Shown: positions 29,853-40,280 of the stretch, one piece after another
How the letters are laid out: every line of letters begins with the position of its first letter
Numbering within the stretch: position 1 is the first letter of the stretch
Source of the DNA: Opitutales bacterium
GTDB taxonomy: Bacteria > Verrucomicrobiota > Verrucomicrobiia > Opitutales > UBA2987
DNA: 64,000 nucleotides
NCBI GenBank assembly: GCA_965226885.1
Contig: CBDDEL010000017.1
Span: 352,001-416,000, forward strand
Direction: 5' to 3'
The notes under the pieces: generated by a model
Told to the model about the DNA's origin: nothing
What the model saw: the letters and a program-made list of their open reading frames with translations, nothing else
The model's database searches: none
Made by a program: the position numbers and the translations under genes

Positions 29853-30914
29853 ACGAGTAGGTTTCATTATTTCTATGCTCATGATTATTAAAAGTGATAA
29901 CCGCAACCTGGGCGAAAAAGTTATGATTCGATTGGATCGGATGGACGACTTTCATGCCCTTGATGTAGAAATTTTAAAAATATCGCTTCCAGCTTTTAAT
30001 TTTGCATAGTTGAAATTGACGCCTCGCCATGAGGCCATCCCCTTAAGCAAAGTATCAATTTGTGTCTGCTCCAATCGAAATCTGTTGTCTGGGTGAACTG
30101 CTGATTGACTTTGTCGCTACCACTGCGGGTCAATCGCTGGTCGATACGAACAGTTTTCACAAGTGCGCGGGCGGTGCCCCGGCCAATGTGGCTGTGGCGG
30201 CAAAACGCCTCGGCGCAAAGTCAGCCCTTGTGGCCAAAGTGGGCGCCGATCCTTTCGGGGATTTCCTCATCCAGACCCTGCGGGACGAAGGAATCGCCAC
30301 CGCTTCGATTGCCCGAGACGCCAAATGTCGCACAACCCTGGCCTTCGTTTCTATTTTTGAAGATGGTGAACGGGATTTTGTTTTTTATCGAAATCCGGGT
30401 GCGGATACCCAGCTATCGGTCGATGATTTGCCTCGGGACCTCATTTCGACCGCTAAAATCCTGCACTTCGGTTCTCTCAGCCTAACCCAGGAGCCCGCGA
30501 GGGAAGCAACCTTAACAGCGGTGCAATTGGCTCGAAATGCGCGGGCGATCATCTCCATGGACCCCAATTTGCGCCCAAACTTGTGGCCCTATCCCGAGCA
30601 GGCTAAATTGGAAGTTCTGAACGTAATTCCTCAAGTGGATTTGCTCAAGGTCAGCGCCGATGAAGCAACTTTTCTCTCCGGTTTAAGCGATTTGGAGGAA
30701 GCGGCAGATTACTTGAGGTCTCTTGGACCCAAACTGGTTCTGCTCACCCGAGGAAAGGATGGAGTAATCTACCACAACGATAAATTTACAGGGACTGTTC
30801 CAGGTTTTCCGGTTGCCGCTACGGACACGACCGGCGCAGGCGACAGCTTTATTGCCGGTTGGCAGACGCATTGGTTGAAACATGCGCCCACATCGTCCGG
30901 TCTTGAGGATCTAG

Positions 30915-32481
30915 CCCGGATATTTCGTAAAAAAAGTATCGTTGATATGCTTAACTGCTGATATACAGCAGGATAGATCAATAATTAAAGCAATATCAGC
31001 GATGACAAAAGGTAAACAATTAAAGCTACAGTTGACAAGGGTAAAAGGCCGCCGTGTGCGGGTTGATTTCAAGGGCGGAGAGGTTACTTCGGATGCCGGA
31101 CTGCTTTTGATCCGGGAAGTGGATCGGCAGTTGGGCTTGACCGAACGAGCGGCCCGACAGTTAGTGGACAAACGGCAGAAGGGCAAAGTACGCCATGAGG
31201 TCTTGGGGATGCTGCGGCAGCGCGTTTACGGGCTGGTGGCGGGCTATGAGGATTTGAACGACTTTGATACCCTGCGCCACGATCCATTGTTGCAAACGGT
31301 AACGGGGCGCATTGAAACGTTGGCCAGCGCGCCGACTTTGTGTCGTTTTGAAAACGGGCAGGATCGGCGGGCGGCCTTTGCGGTAAACGAGCTGTTGGTC
31401 GAACAGTTCATGGGCTCCTTTGCCGAGGAACCCGAAGAGATCATCCTGGACTTTGACGCCACCGACAATCCGGTGCACGGGCTCCAGGAGGGACGTTTTT
31501 TCCACGGTTATTATGATCATTACTGTTTTCTGCCGCTATATGTTTTTTGCGGTGATCAGCTGCTGGTGGCCTACCTGCGGCCGAGCAAGATCGATGCCAG
31601 CAAGCATGCCGGGGCCATCCTCAAATTGCTGGTTAAACGGATTCGCCAAAGCTGGCCCCGTACGCGGATTATTTGGCGCGCCGACAGTGGATTTTGTCGA
31701 GACCGGATACTCTCTTGGTGCGACCGCAACGAAGTTAGTTACATCGTGGGGATGGCTCGCAATGCACGCTTGCAGCAAGACGCCCAGCAGTTGCAAAAGC
31801 AGGCCAAAGAATGGTTCGAACTAAGGGGTAAAAAACAACGGTTATTCCAGGACTTCGTCTATGCTGCCGATTCGTGGCGATGGCTGCGGTTGGTCATCCA
31901 TAAAGCCGAACACACCGCACAGGGGTCCAACCCGCGCTTCGTGGTGACGAACCTGCCGGGCGATCCCCAGGAGCTTTACGACAAGGTATACTGTGGCCGC
32001 GGTGAAATGGAGAACCGAATCAAGGAACAGATGCAATTGTTCAGCGAGCGCACCAGCGCCCATCAATGGTGGGCCAATCAGTGCCGATTGCTCTTGTCGG
32101 CGCTGGCCTACACCTTGATGGAAGCCATGCGCCGGTTAGCCTTAAAAGGGACGAAGTGGGCGCGGGCCCAATGCCACACCCTGCGGCTCAAATTAATCAA
32201 GATCGGAGCGGTCATCGTGCGCAACACCCGAACGATTCACTTTCACCTAAGTGAGAGTTATCCTTGGGCCAGTCTTTTCAACCATGCGGCCCGCCGATTG
32301 GTGCCAACCTAAAGGGTGCATTGGTGCTGCCCCCGGCACTACCGAACCAATGGGGGAAAGGGGGCAGTGTCTCTACACCCTGAAAAACACCTAAAAATCA
32401 AGACGATCTGCTCAAAATACAAAGAAATCCATCTCCAATAGCAATAACGAGCCAAACTTTACCCTTCATGAAATATCCGGG
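30915..32481 (+). mobile_element. IS1380-family element, copy 2 (1567 bp, complete)
   Basis: IR CCCGGATATTTC at both ends. CTAG duplication. Confidence 0.96.
31002..32312 (+). CDS. IS1380 transposase
   Basis: 436-aa intact ORF with LDFDATD, RADSGF, ENRIKE. Confidence 0.94.
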   Translation: MTKGKQLKLQLTRVKGRRVRVDFKGGEVTSDAGLLLIREVDRQLGLTERAARQLVDKRQKGKVRHEVLGMLRQRVYGLVAGYEDLNDFDTLRHDPLLQTVTGRIETLASAPTLCRFENGQDRRAAFAVNELLVEQFMGSFAEEPEEIILDFDATDNPVHGLQEGRFFHGYYDHYCFLPLYVFCGDQLLVAYLRPSKIDASKHAGAILKLLVKRIRQSWPRTRIIWRADSGFCRDRILSWCDRNEVSYIVGMARNARLQQDAQQLQKQAKEWFELRGKKQRLFQDFVYAADSWRWLRLVIHKAEHTAQGSNPRFVVTNLPGDPQELYDKVYCGRGEMENRIKEQMQLFSERTSAHQWWANQCRLLLSALAYTLMEAMRRLALKGTKWARAQCHTLRLKLIKIGAVIVRNTRTIHFHLSESYPWASLFNHAARRLVPT

Positions 32482-32828
32482 CTAGAAAAAGCTGCCCTAG
32501 AAGCCGCCTGTTATTACGCCAATGCCGTGGCCGCGCTTACGGTGCAAAAAACGGGGGCGATTCCGGCACTCCCATCTTCACGTGAAGTTGATGCTTTCAT
32601 AGAAAAACAATCTACCTGAAACATGAAATAGTCCATCAATCCGACGATCGCCTGGCGGGAAATTGCCAACGGTATACCGAAAGTCGAGTAACCCTTACTT
32701 AATATAAGGGCAGAAGACATTCATGATGTCACCACAATCAATTATAACGAGTTGATTTGTTCGTTGAAATGACTGAGCGAATTGATTCGAAAGCAATACT
32801 TAGATCCTATCTCAATTTCGCGCTAATA

Positions 32829-34184
32829 CTATTGTGTAATTTCTTCAGGGCGAACCAGTCGCCATGGGTACACTTGATTTTTTTCGGTTTCTTTGATTTC
32901 TGGCCGCGGTTCGGCAGCTCGTTCCATCGCGGCCAGAAGTTTTTTCTTTAAATGAGCCGCTACGGCTGCATGGGATTTGCATTCGATCAGGTTCTGCAAC
33001 TCGTAAGGGTCGGAGTAAAGATCGTAGAGATTAGCTTCCTCATAAAAATCGGAACCCGCGTGTTCATTACCATCCAGGTTTGGAGCCGACACACAATATT
33101 TCCAACGTTGCGTTCGAATGGCTCGACCGACTTGTGATTCGCTGATCTGGATAAAGACTTCCTGGTTCCATGATGCATTTTCACCGCGCAGGCGCGGCAT
33201 CAGCGAACGCCCCGCAAACGAGTCGGGTATCTTGATGCCGGATGCCTCAAGGAGGGTTGGAGGCAAGTCAACCAGGCTCACAATTTCAGTCCGCCTGCCG
33301 CCCATATCGAAGCCCGGCCCCCAAAAAGCCGCTGGCACGCGCACGGACGCTTCATGGCAGGAACGTTTGAACTCCCGGTTTCTTGTTTTGAAGTGGCAGC
33401 CATGATCGGATGTGTATAAAATAATGGTTTCCCGGTCTATTTGAAGGCTCTTCAATGCGTCCTGAAGCCGGCCGAGCGCTTCATCAAGCCTCTTCACCAT
33501 CCCGAAATAACCGCCCAGGTGTTGGCCGCTGGAGCCGCCCAAATGCTGGAGATCGGGCGGAATCCACTGACCCGTATATCGTTCGCGATAACCGTCAGGT
33601 GGAGGAAAATCGTCCAGGTGGTTCTGCTGGTGCGGTTCCAGAAAGGAAAGGAAAAGAAAGAAAGGATCCTCCTTTTGATTGGCCTTATCGACAAACTGAA
33701 TGGCAGCATCGGTCATGGCGTCCACTCGATACCCGGGAAGTTTTACTCTTTCATTGTCCTCGTCGAAAAGGATGCAATCATATGAGTCCGAACACAATTC
33801 GAAGAGATTGGCCGCCAACCAGTATTCATAGCCGCCCCGTTCGTTTTTAGGGACGGCGCCCGGCTCGGAACCCAGGTGCCACTTGCCAATATACCCCGTT
33901 TGGTAACCGGCATTTCGATAATGATGGGCCAGTGTTTTAAGATCCGGGTGCAAGGGAATATTGTTCCTCCAGCTTCCCGTTTGCGTGGCATAGAGCCCGG
34001 TTTGCAGACAGGACCTGGCCGGACCGCAAAGCGGCTGGCAAGTGATGCATGTGTCGATGTGCGTGCCCGAACCGGCCAACCTGTCGAAATTGGGAGTGAG
34101 GTTCAGAGGATTGCCATGCAGACCAGAGGTATCCCAGCGCTGCTGATCGGTAAAAAATACGATGACATTCGGTTTCCGGCTCAT
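32829..34184 (-). CDS. Sulfatase (Cys-type)
   Basis: FFTDQQR, CGPAR (CxPxR), GKWHLG, SDHG. Confidence 0.94.
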   Translation of the reverse strand: MSRKPNVIVFFTDQQRWDTSGLHGNPLNLTPNFDRLAGSGTHIDTCITCQPLCGPARSCLQTGLYATQTGSWRNNIPLHPDLKTLAHHYRNAGYQTGYIGKWHLGSEPGAVPKNERGGYEYWLAANLFELCSDSYDCILFDEDNERVKLPGYRVDAMTDAAIQFVDKANQKEDPFFLFLSFLEPHQQNHLDDFPPPDGYRERYTGQWIPPDLQHLGGSSGQHLGGYFGMVKRLDEALGRLQDALKSLQIDRETIILYTSDHGCHFKTRNREFKRSCHEASVRVPAAFWGPGFDMGGRRTEIVSLVDLPPTLLEASGIKIPDSFAGRSLMPRLRGENASWNQEVFIQISESQVGRAIRTQRWKYCVSAPNLDGNEHAGSDFYEEANLYDLYSDPYELQNLIECKSHAAVAAHLKKKLLAAMERAAEPRPEIKETEKNQVYPWRLVRPEEITQ

Positions 34185-34406
34185 TTTTCAGGATTACGCA
34201 TTACGCTGTAGATAATTATTTAAAAATAGCCACAGAAAGTAAGAATACGTTATTTCCCTTTTTAACCACGGATTATAAAACATTGGGGTTCACTTACAAT
34301 TAACATCAGATGGATAAAATATAAAGGCTGCGACACATTGCAAATGTGGAAGAGTTTGGAGTTACAATATTTGTATATATATTGACAAATGGGCAATGCT
34401 AAATAG

Positions 34407-34424
34407 GGTAAACGTTCAGTTACT
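34407..34424. promoter_or_regulatory. Degenerate copy of the cluster operator (GGTAAA-CGTTCA-GTTACT)
   Basis: 10 of 12 matches to AGTAAC-N6-GTTACT, in a divergent promoter region, downstream of TTGACA at 34382. Confidence 0.55.
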
Positions 34425-34543
34425 TTTAGCGAGAGAAAAATGAAATTTTTGCCTTTTTACAAGAACTTCAAATGGATATGCAATTAAATTCTAACGCATA
34501 TGGATCGGCAAATTGTAGAAATTGAAACAGGTTCATCAAAATC

Positions 34544-35386
34544 ATGCGTATAGCAATTACAGGAGGGAGCGGCAAAATCGGCGTTTATACCGTCAGAGAA
34601 TTCCAGGAGCATGGCTACGAGGTGCGCAATCTGGATGCGGTGCGGCCCTCCCATGAAAACCTACCGACCACCATCGTAGATGTTGCCCATTTCGGGGATT
34701 TGGTTAGCTGCCTGAACGGTTTCGATGCCATCGTCCACCTGGGAGCAATTGTTGCGCCGGGCCGGACTTCCAACAATACGCTTTTCCGCACCAACACACA
34801 GGGTACATTCAATGTGCTGGAAGCCGCCTCCGTGCTTGGAATCAAAAAGGTGTGCCTGGCCTCCAGCATCAATGCCCTGGGCATGGGTTTCAATCTGGAA
34901 CAGCGATTCCGATACTTTCCGGTCGATGAACGGCACCCTTGCCAACCGGATGAGGCTTATGGCCTGAGCAAGCAAGTTGGTGAAGTCGCAGCCGACGCGT
35001 TTAGCTTACGGTTTTCCTGGATGACACTCTGCAGCATGAGATACCCGGCGGTTTTTACTCCCGAACTCTATCAAATTCTCGACCGATCAGCGCCGCACCG
35101 CCGCAAGATTCTCTGGGCCTACGCTGACGTTAGAGAAGTGGCCCGCGCCAACCGTTTGGCAATTGAGGCCGATTGGACCGGGCACGAGACGTTCTATATA
35201 ACTGCTGACCACACCTTATCGCAAACCCCTACACGGAAACTCCTGGCAGAGCATTACCCGAATGTGGAAACAAGAGGTGAAATGGCCGGGCACACCAGCC
35301 TCATCTCATCGGCCAAAGCGGAAAAACTCCTCGGCTGGAAACACCAGCGGCAGTTAGAGACTGAATTGAAACGAGTAGGGAAATAG
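34544..35386 (+). CDS. NAD-dependent epimerase/dehydratase family oxidoreductase
   Basis: ITGGSGKIG, ASS, YGLSK. Confidence 0.9.
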   Translation: MRIAITGGSGKIGVYTVREFQEHGYEVRNLDAVRPSHENLPTTIVDVAHFGDLVSCLNGFDAIVHLGAIVAPGRTSNNTLFRTNTQGTFNVLEAASVLGIKKVCLASSINALGMGFNLEQRFRYFPVDERHPCQPDEAYGLSKQVGEVAADAFSLRFSWMTLCSMRYPAVFTPELYQILDRSAPHRRKILWAYADVREVARANRLAIEADWTGHETFYITADHTLSQTPTRKLLAEHYPNVETRGEMAGHTSLISSAKAEKLLGWKHQRQLETELKRVGK

Positions 35387-35398
35387 GGGTCGAATACC

Positions 35399-36256
35399 CT
35401 ACCCTTTGACCGCTCCAATCTGAATTCCGCGAATCAAGTACCTCTGCAGAACCACAAAGACGAGGATCATCGGGATAACGGACATTGTAATTGCGGCCAT
35501 TAAAAGATGGGTCGATTGCCCGATTTCGGAATCGAAAAAGAGCAAACCGATGGGGAGCGTGTAATTGTCCACATTACGGAGCATGACCAGGGGCCAGAAA
35601 AAGCTGTGGTAGTTGCCCACGAAAGTGAAAATGGTGAGGGCAATCAACCCCGGACGACTGAGCGGTAGAATAATATCCACATATATGCGCCATTTGCTGG
35701 CCCCGTCGATCTCCGCCGCCTCGTCCAGTGAAGTTGGGATGGTGAGCATGAACTGACGCAATAAAAATGTCCCGAAGGCACTGAAGGCGGCCGGTAAAAC
35801 CAGGCCCAGAAAACTGTCCACGAGGTGCAGGTAAACCATAATCTGGTAATTCGAGATGATCATGACCAAACCGGGCAGCATGAGGGTGGAAAGGTAAAGC
35901 AGAAACACCCTGTCGCGGCCCGGCCATTTCAAACGGGCAAATGAATAAGCCGCCAGAGAACTGGTAAATACCTGCAAAAAAGTAACCCAGGAAGCGATAA
36001 AAATACTGTTCCAGTAAAATCTTCCGAATGGAATGACGCGAAATACTTCAGCATAATTTTTCCATTGAAAAACGCTCGGTATCCACTCCGAGCTTCCCAA
36101 ATCGATCAACGGTTTGAGGCTGGTCAGAACCATCCACACAAACGGTAAAATCATGAGTAAGCTGACGCCGGCCAAAAAGAAATGGAGGAAGCCGCCGGAC
36201 AGAAAATCGCTGTTGATTAGCGGGTCCTTCAGGGGTTGTTTCTGCGGGTTAATCAT
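35399..36256 (-). CDS. Carbohydrate ABC transporter permease (MalG-like)
   Basis: EAA loop LDEAAEIDGAS, C-terminal GAVKG. Confidence 0.93.
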   Translation of the reverse strand: MINPQKQPLKDPLINSDFLSGGFLHFFLAGVSLLMILPFVWMVLTSLKPLIDLGSSEWIPSVFQWKNYAEVFRVIPFGRFYWNSIFIASWVTFLQVFTSSLAAYSFARLKWPGRDRVFLLYLSTLMLPGLVMIISNYQIMVYLHLVDSFLGLVLPAAFSAFGTFLLRQFMLTIPTSLDEAAEIDGASKWRIYVDIILPLSRPGLIALTIFTFVGNYHSFFWPLVMLRNVDNYTLPIGLLFFDSEIGQSTHLLMAAITMSVIPMILVFVVLQRYLIRGIQIGAVKG

Positions 36257-37733
36257 TGACGTAGCGATTCCCGAATTTGAAATTGAAAACGGTGATCGTG
36301 AAAACGAGCAGGAAGAGTGTCCACACAACGGCCGAAGCGTAGCCGAGGCGACCCGTTTCGAATCCCTCGATATAGACGAAATAACTCAAAGTAGTGGTGG
36401 AACCGGCCGGTCCGCCTTCGGTCATGGTGCGTGCCATTTCGAATCCGCCCTGGAGACCGGCGATCACACTCATTACGACGATGAAAAAAGTAACAGGAGC
36501 CAGTTGTGGCCAGGTAATATGCCAAAATTTCTGCAATGGGGTAGCCCCGTCGATATCTGCCGCTTCGTAGAGCTCGATCGGGATATTACTGATTCCGGCA
36601 ATATAAAGGACCATATTATTGGAACCCACAGCCGCCCAAAAAGCCATAAATATCAAGGCCGGTTTGGCCCAATAGTAATCGGAGAGCCAATCGGGCGCAT
36701 CCAGGCCGTCCGCCGCCATGGAATGCAAGTTCAAAAATACCAACGTGAGACCAATCAGGCAAAATTGCAAGGTCATCAAGCCGATTGAAAACATCAGGCT
36801 TTCCCCAAATCCCCGGTCGCTATTCATAGGAATAAGCCGCTTCCTGACAAACATGGGATATGCGCAAACGACAAGCAGAACAGCTACAAGGACGAGCAGC
36901 CATTTGCCCAGATTGAATGATTGAACCCAATAGCAGCTGCATACCGCTGGCAAGAGAGTAAAGGCCGCCGACCAAATCAATCCTTTTGTAGCCAGGTCGC
37001 CATCAAGCCATTCCCGCGCCAATCGGCGAAAATGGCGGAATACAATGAAACAAAGGCCTCCCAGGCAGATCAAACCGGCGAGAGTACCGGTAAAGGGTGG
37101 TAGCGAATTGACCACATTGGCGAGGGCGTTAAGCATCGGATGCAATGCGCTGTTGAGGGGGCCGGTTTCCGCATTGTATATTTTCTTCCACAAAAGAAAA
37201 GTGGCCACCCCGGCCGTGAAATGGGGTGTATAAAACAAGGTCCGGTAAAAAGTGGAACCGGCCAGCGTCCCGCCTATCAGCACGAGCCCGGCCAAACCTC
37301 CCAGCAGAAGCCATAACCCCGAGAGCCGAAATCCGAGCAGGAAGAGAATCAGGACTCCAGTCACTAGGACGGAACCGATGAGCAGCCGGCGGCGGGTGCT
37401 CGCCCTCTTTCCCCGCAGATTCTTGGTCAGCAGAAGTGCGGCCAGCAGGCTCCCCCCAATGGTAAAGGGTATTCCTATCATCAGGAACATCGTGTTTCCC
37501 AAAAAACGCCAGAATTCTTTGTGGGAAAAAAGGAGGGTGAAATTGGCCAGGCCCACCAGTTCCGGAATGCCGTCCTTAAACATATTGTGATGGCGGATAT
37601 CCCAATTGCTGAAGGCGATCAAAAGGCTGGCTATAAGCGGCAATATGGTAAATGCGGCAAAGCCGGAAATATTGGGTAGAAGAAAAAACAAACCCGTCTT
37701 CAGGTTTCGCAAATCTTTACGATCCAGTGCCAT
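36249..37733 (-). CDS. Carbohydrate ABC transporter permease (MalF-like), enlarged
   Basis: LYEAADIDGA and GYASA. 494 aa with extra TM segments. Confidence 0.9.
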   Translation of the reverse strand: MALDRKDLRNLKTGLFFLLPNISGFAAFTILPLIASLLIAFSNWDIRHHNMFKDGIPELVGLANFTLLFSHKEFWRFLGNTMFLMIGIPFTIGGSLLAALLLTKNLRGKRASTRRRLLIGSVLVTGVLILFLLGFRLSGLWLLLGGLAGLVLIGGTLAGSTFYRTLFYTPHFTAGVATFLLWKKIYNAETGPLNSALHPMLNALANVVNSLPPFTGTLAGLICLGGLCFIVFRHFRRLAREWLDGDLATKGLIWSAAFTLLPAVCSCYWVQSFNLGKWLLVLVAVLLVVCAYPMFVRKRLIPMNSDRGFGESLMFSIGLMTLQFCLIGLTLVFLNLHSMAADGLDAPDWLSDYYWAKPALIFMAFWAAVGSNNMVLYIAGISNIPIELYEAADIDGATPLQKFWHITWPQLAPVTFFIVVMSVIAGLQGGFEMARTMTEGGPAGSTTTLSYFVYIEGFETGRLGYASAVVWTLFLLVFTITVFNFKFGNRYVND

Positions 37734-37735
37734 TG

Positions 37736-39226
37736 TTATTTCGTTTGGGTAAGTTTATCTTGGGATGGTGATTCTTCCGACCATCCCCGGAACACGTAAT
37801 ATTTTTTGTAGAAAGAATTCCCGATCCATTCCAGGGGGACCGGCTTCCCTTCCCTGCGCAAGCGGTCAATCTCCCCCTGTAGTTGCTGCAGGCGGTCGAA
37901 TTCTTTCTTCAGTTTCGGATCCTCGCTGATATTCCGGGCCATCTGCCGGTTGATGCGATCGGTCACATCCTGAGCCGCTTCCTGAGGGTTCATCGAACCT
38001 GAGATGAGGCTCTGCCATGCGTCTTTGGCAAAGCGATTGACTGCGTAGGGAAGAATAAAAGGACTCACTATGGCACTAATGGCAATAGAGCGGGCAGCCT
38101 CCGCATAAGGCTCATGAATCTCCCATTCGTTGGGATAATCGGGGGGCCGCCGATAGGCCTCGATTTCCGTGTAACGTGGAACCGGCGGAAGGGAATCGGC
38201 ATCGTAAACAATTTGCATATTGTAACGCTCGCTGGTAAAAAACTTCAGCAGGTAGGCGGCCAGTTCTTTCTTATCGGAACCGGCGTAAATGGCCGTACCG
38301 GCCGAACCGAAAAGGGTGTTGCGGAAGTGGCTGTTGGGCGGTTCCCGCAGCGTCAAACGCAAATGTTTGTATTCCCGCAACTGGATGAGGGCGTAACGGC
38401 CGTTGGTGGTGAGGGCGTAGCGCCCCCGGGCAAAAAGTTGGATTCTGGAGGTTACGGTATCGGAACCGGCAAAAAAATCGAGGTCCGCCTGGCTCGGTAG
38501 AATGCGATCCTCGAACATCCATTTGTAAATCAAGCGGTAGGTTTCGACACTTCGTGGATCGTCCAGAATGCATCGGGTGAGGGTTTCGTTAAACAACGCC
38601 AGCCCCATGCTCCGGCGCATCACCTGGCGGTTGACCATATCGGCGAAAAAAATGGTTTGCCTTTCCCCCGGCGGATTGGCCCGGCGCACGAATTCCTTTC
38701 CCATTTTTTCAAACGTGGCATGATCCCATATTTTCAGGGGCGGCGCCATGCCGTGCTCCTCCAGAAGACCCACGTTGACAAAGTACATCTGGACAGACGT
38801 CCCCCTGGGGAAACTATACTGCGCCCCGTTTATAATGACCGAGGGGTATTTCGCTTTCCAGGTCTTATCGGGCCCGAACCCGTGTTGGGCAGCCAGCTCG
38901 GTGAGGTCTTCGAGCATCCCGGTAGACTCAAGCAGCCAGGGCTCGTCCCGGACCATGTCGATAATGTCTGCGCCCACGCCCGAGACGCCCTGGATCAGTT
39001 TTTTAGAAATATCCCGGTTGGAGCTGTCGATGCGCAATTCCATTGGCGGATAACCGTTTTCCTCGATCCATTGGTGGAACTGCTTCACTTGCTGCTGACG
39101 GGCCTCATTGGTGCTGGTCACCCAGTAGAGGATCGGCTTGCCGCTTCGCACCTCCGGCCGGGATAGGTGATTGAGGGCGGTGGCGCCAAGCAGTATGAGA
39201 AGAATGATGGCGAAAAGGTATTTCAT
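37736..39226 (-). CDS. Carbohydrate ABC transporter substrate-binding protein
   Basis: N-terminal signal/anchor, family-1 SBP-like sequence, directly upstream of two permeases. Confidence 0.85.
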   Translation of the reverse strand: MKYLFAIILLILLGATALNHLSRPEVRSGKPILYWVTSTNEARQQQVKQFHQWIEENGYPPMELRIDSSNRDISKKLIQGVSGVGADIIDMVRDEPWLLESTGMLEDLTELAAQHGFGPDKTWKAKYPSVIINGAQYSFPRGTSVQMYFVNVGLLEEHGMAPPLKIWDHATFEKMGKEFVRRANPPGERQTIFFADMVNRQVMRRSMGLALFNETLTRCILDDPRSVETYRLIYKWMFEDRILPSQADLDFFAGSDTVTSRIQLFARGRYALTTNGRYALIQLREYKHLRLTLREPPNSHFRNTLFGSAGTAIYAGSDKKELAAYLLKFFTSERYNMQIVYDADSLPPVPRYTEIEAYRRPPDYPNEWEIHEPYAEAARSIAISAIVSPFILPYAVNRFAKDAWQSLISGSMNPQEAAQDVTDRINRQMARNISEDPKLKKEFDRLQQLQGEIDRLRREGKPVPLEWIGNSFYKKYYVFRGWSEESPSQDKLTQTK

Positions 39227-39295
39227 CCAAAACCGTTATTATTAAATTGGCCTCTTCTTCAAAGAATACGGAATAAAAAGCCTTTTTCAATCATC

Positions 39296-40159
39296 TTAAA
39301 TTGAAGGATAAATTCTGGATCGAAATTCGGGCCGGCCTTTGACTTCACAGGGCAAATGAAATATGTCGCCGTCCAGCCCTTCGTCCGATGGATCACCCGC
39401 CGTGGTGATGAAAAGGCGGTTAAACTCATCACCCCCAAAGACGATTGAGGATACTTTTTCAACCGGCAGATGGATTTTTTCAATAACCACGCCGTCCGGA
39501 GTGTGTTTGCAAACTGCATAACCGCCCCACCTGGCTGACCAGAGATTGCCATCGGCGTCAACGGTCAACCCATCGGGGGTCCCCTCCCCTTCTTCGGCCG
39601 TAATAATCGTTTTGCGGTTGGAGATTTCCCCGCTGGCCCGATCGTAGGAAAAGCGGAAAACTTTTTTTCGCGTTGAACAAGTCCAATAAAAGGTTCCCAA
39701 GTCGGGCGAAAACCCCATCCCGTTAGCCACCCGGGTTTCGCATAAAATCTTCGTCATGCGCCCATCGGTATCCAGTCGGTAAAGCCCGCCCGAGGATTCG
39801 TCACAGCCGATGGTTCCGGCAAATACCCTTCCTTCGGGATCGGCGATGACGTCGTTGAACCGCCTCATTCCCTCGTCTTCAACAGTGATAATGGAATCAA
39901 CATCGCCGTTCTCTTGCAGCACGGCTATGTCGTCCTCCCGAAAAAGCAAAAGGATTCCGTCTTCCTGTATTGTAAAACCCCCGACTGCCGGACCGCCCTG
40001 GTAAATTACACGAGTCTCTTTGGTAGCTGTTTCATACCGGTAAATAACCTTTCCCAGTATATCCACCCAGAAGAGACTTTTTCTCCGCTCGTCCCATAAT
40101 GGGTTTTCACCCAATCGGCATTGTTGGTGAACTAGGACTTGCGGCTCCGGGTGTGACAT
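39296..40159 (-). CDS. SMP-30/gluconolactonase family sugar lactonase
   Basis: LGENPLW, RFND, ANGMGFSPD, PDGLTVD. Confidence 0.93.
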   Translation of the reverse strand: MSHPEPQVLVHQQCRLGENPLWDERRKSLFWVDILGKVIYRYETATKETRVIYQGGPAVGGFTIQEDGILLLFREDDIAVLQENGDVDSIITVEDEGMRRFNDVIADPEGRVFAGTIGCDESSGGLYRLDTDGRMTKILCETRVANGMGFSPDLGTFYWTCSTRKKVFRFSYDRASGEISNRKTIITAEEGEGTPDGLTVDADGNLWSARWGGYAVCKHTPDGVVIEKIHLPVEKVSSIVFGGDEFNRLFITTAGDPSDEGLDGDIFHLPCEVKGRPEFRSRIYPSI

Positions 40160-40196
40160 GAGGAAATTATGGCGATAAATATTGACAACGACATTG

Positions 40197-40214
40197 AGTA
40201 ACTATTTGGTTACT
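40197..40214. promoter_or_regulatory. Palindromic operator AGTAAC-TATTTG-GTTACT
   Basis: Perfect half-sites in the lactonase/AKR divergent region. TTGACA at 40182. Confidence 0.8.
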
Positions 40215-40280
40215 TTTGTCGTATAAGATGATAAAAACGATTTCAAGGAAAATCTTCGATTGCGGACAAAAAGGCAAGGT

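Larger units (their letters stand above)
30062..32619 (+). pseudogene. PfkB-family (fructokinase-like) kinase interrupted by IS1380
   Basis: GGAPANVA and DTTGAGDSF. The C-terminus EKAALEAACYYANAVAALTVQKTGAIPALP...ST* resumes in frame at 32486-32619. Confidence 0.92.

Noticed and set aside
30062..30961. 299-aa PfkB ORF as a complete gene
   Set aside because: The last residues are read-through into IS1380. The true C-terminus lies at 32486-32619.
34238..34254. AGTAAG-AATAC-GTTATT as a sixth operator
   Set aside because: The spacer is 5 bp and there are two mismatches in an AT-rich region, so it could be chance.
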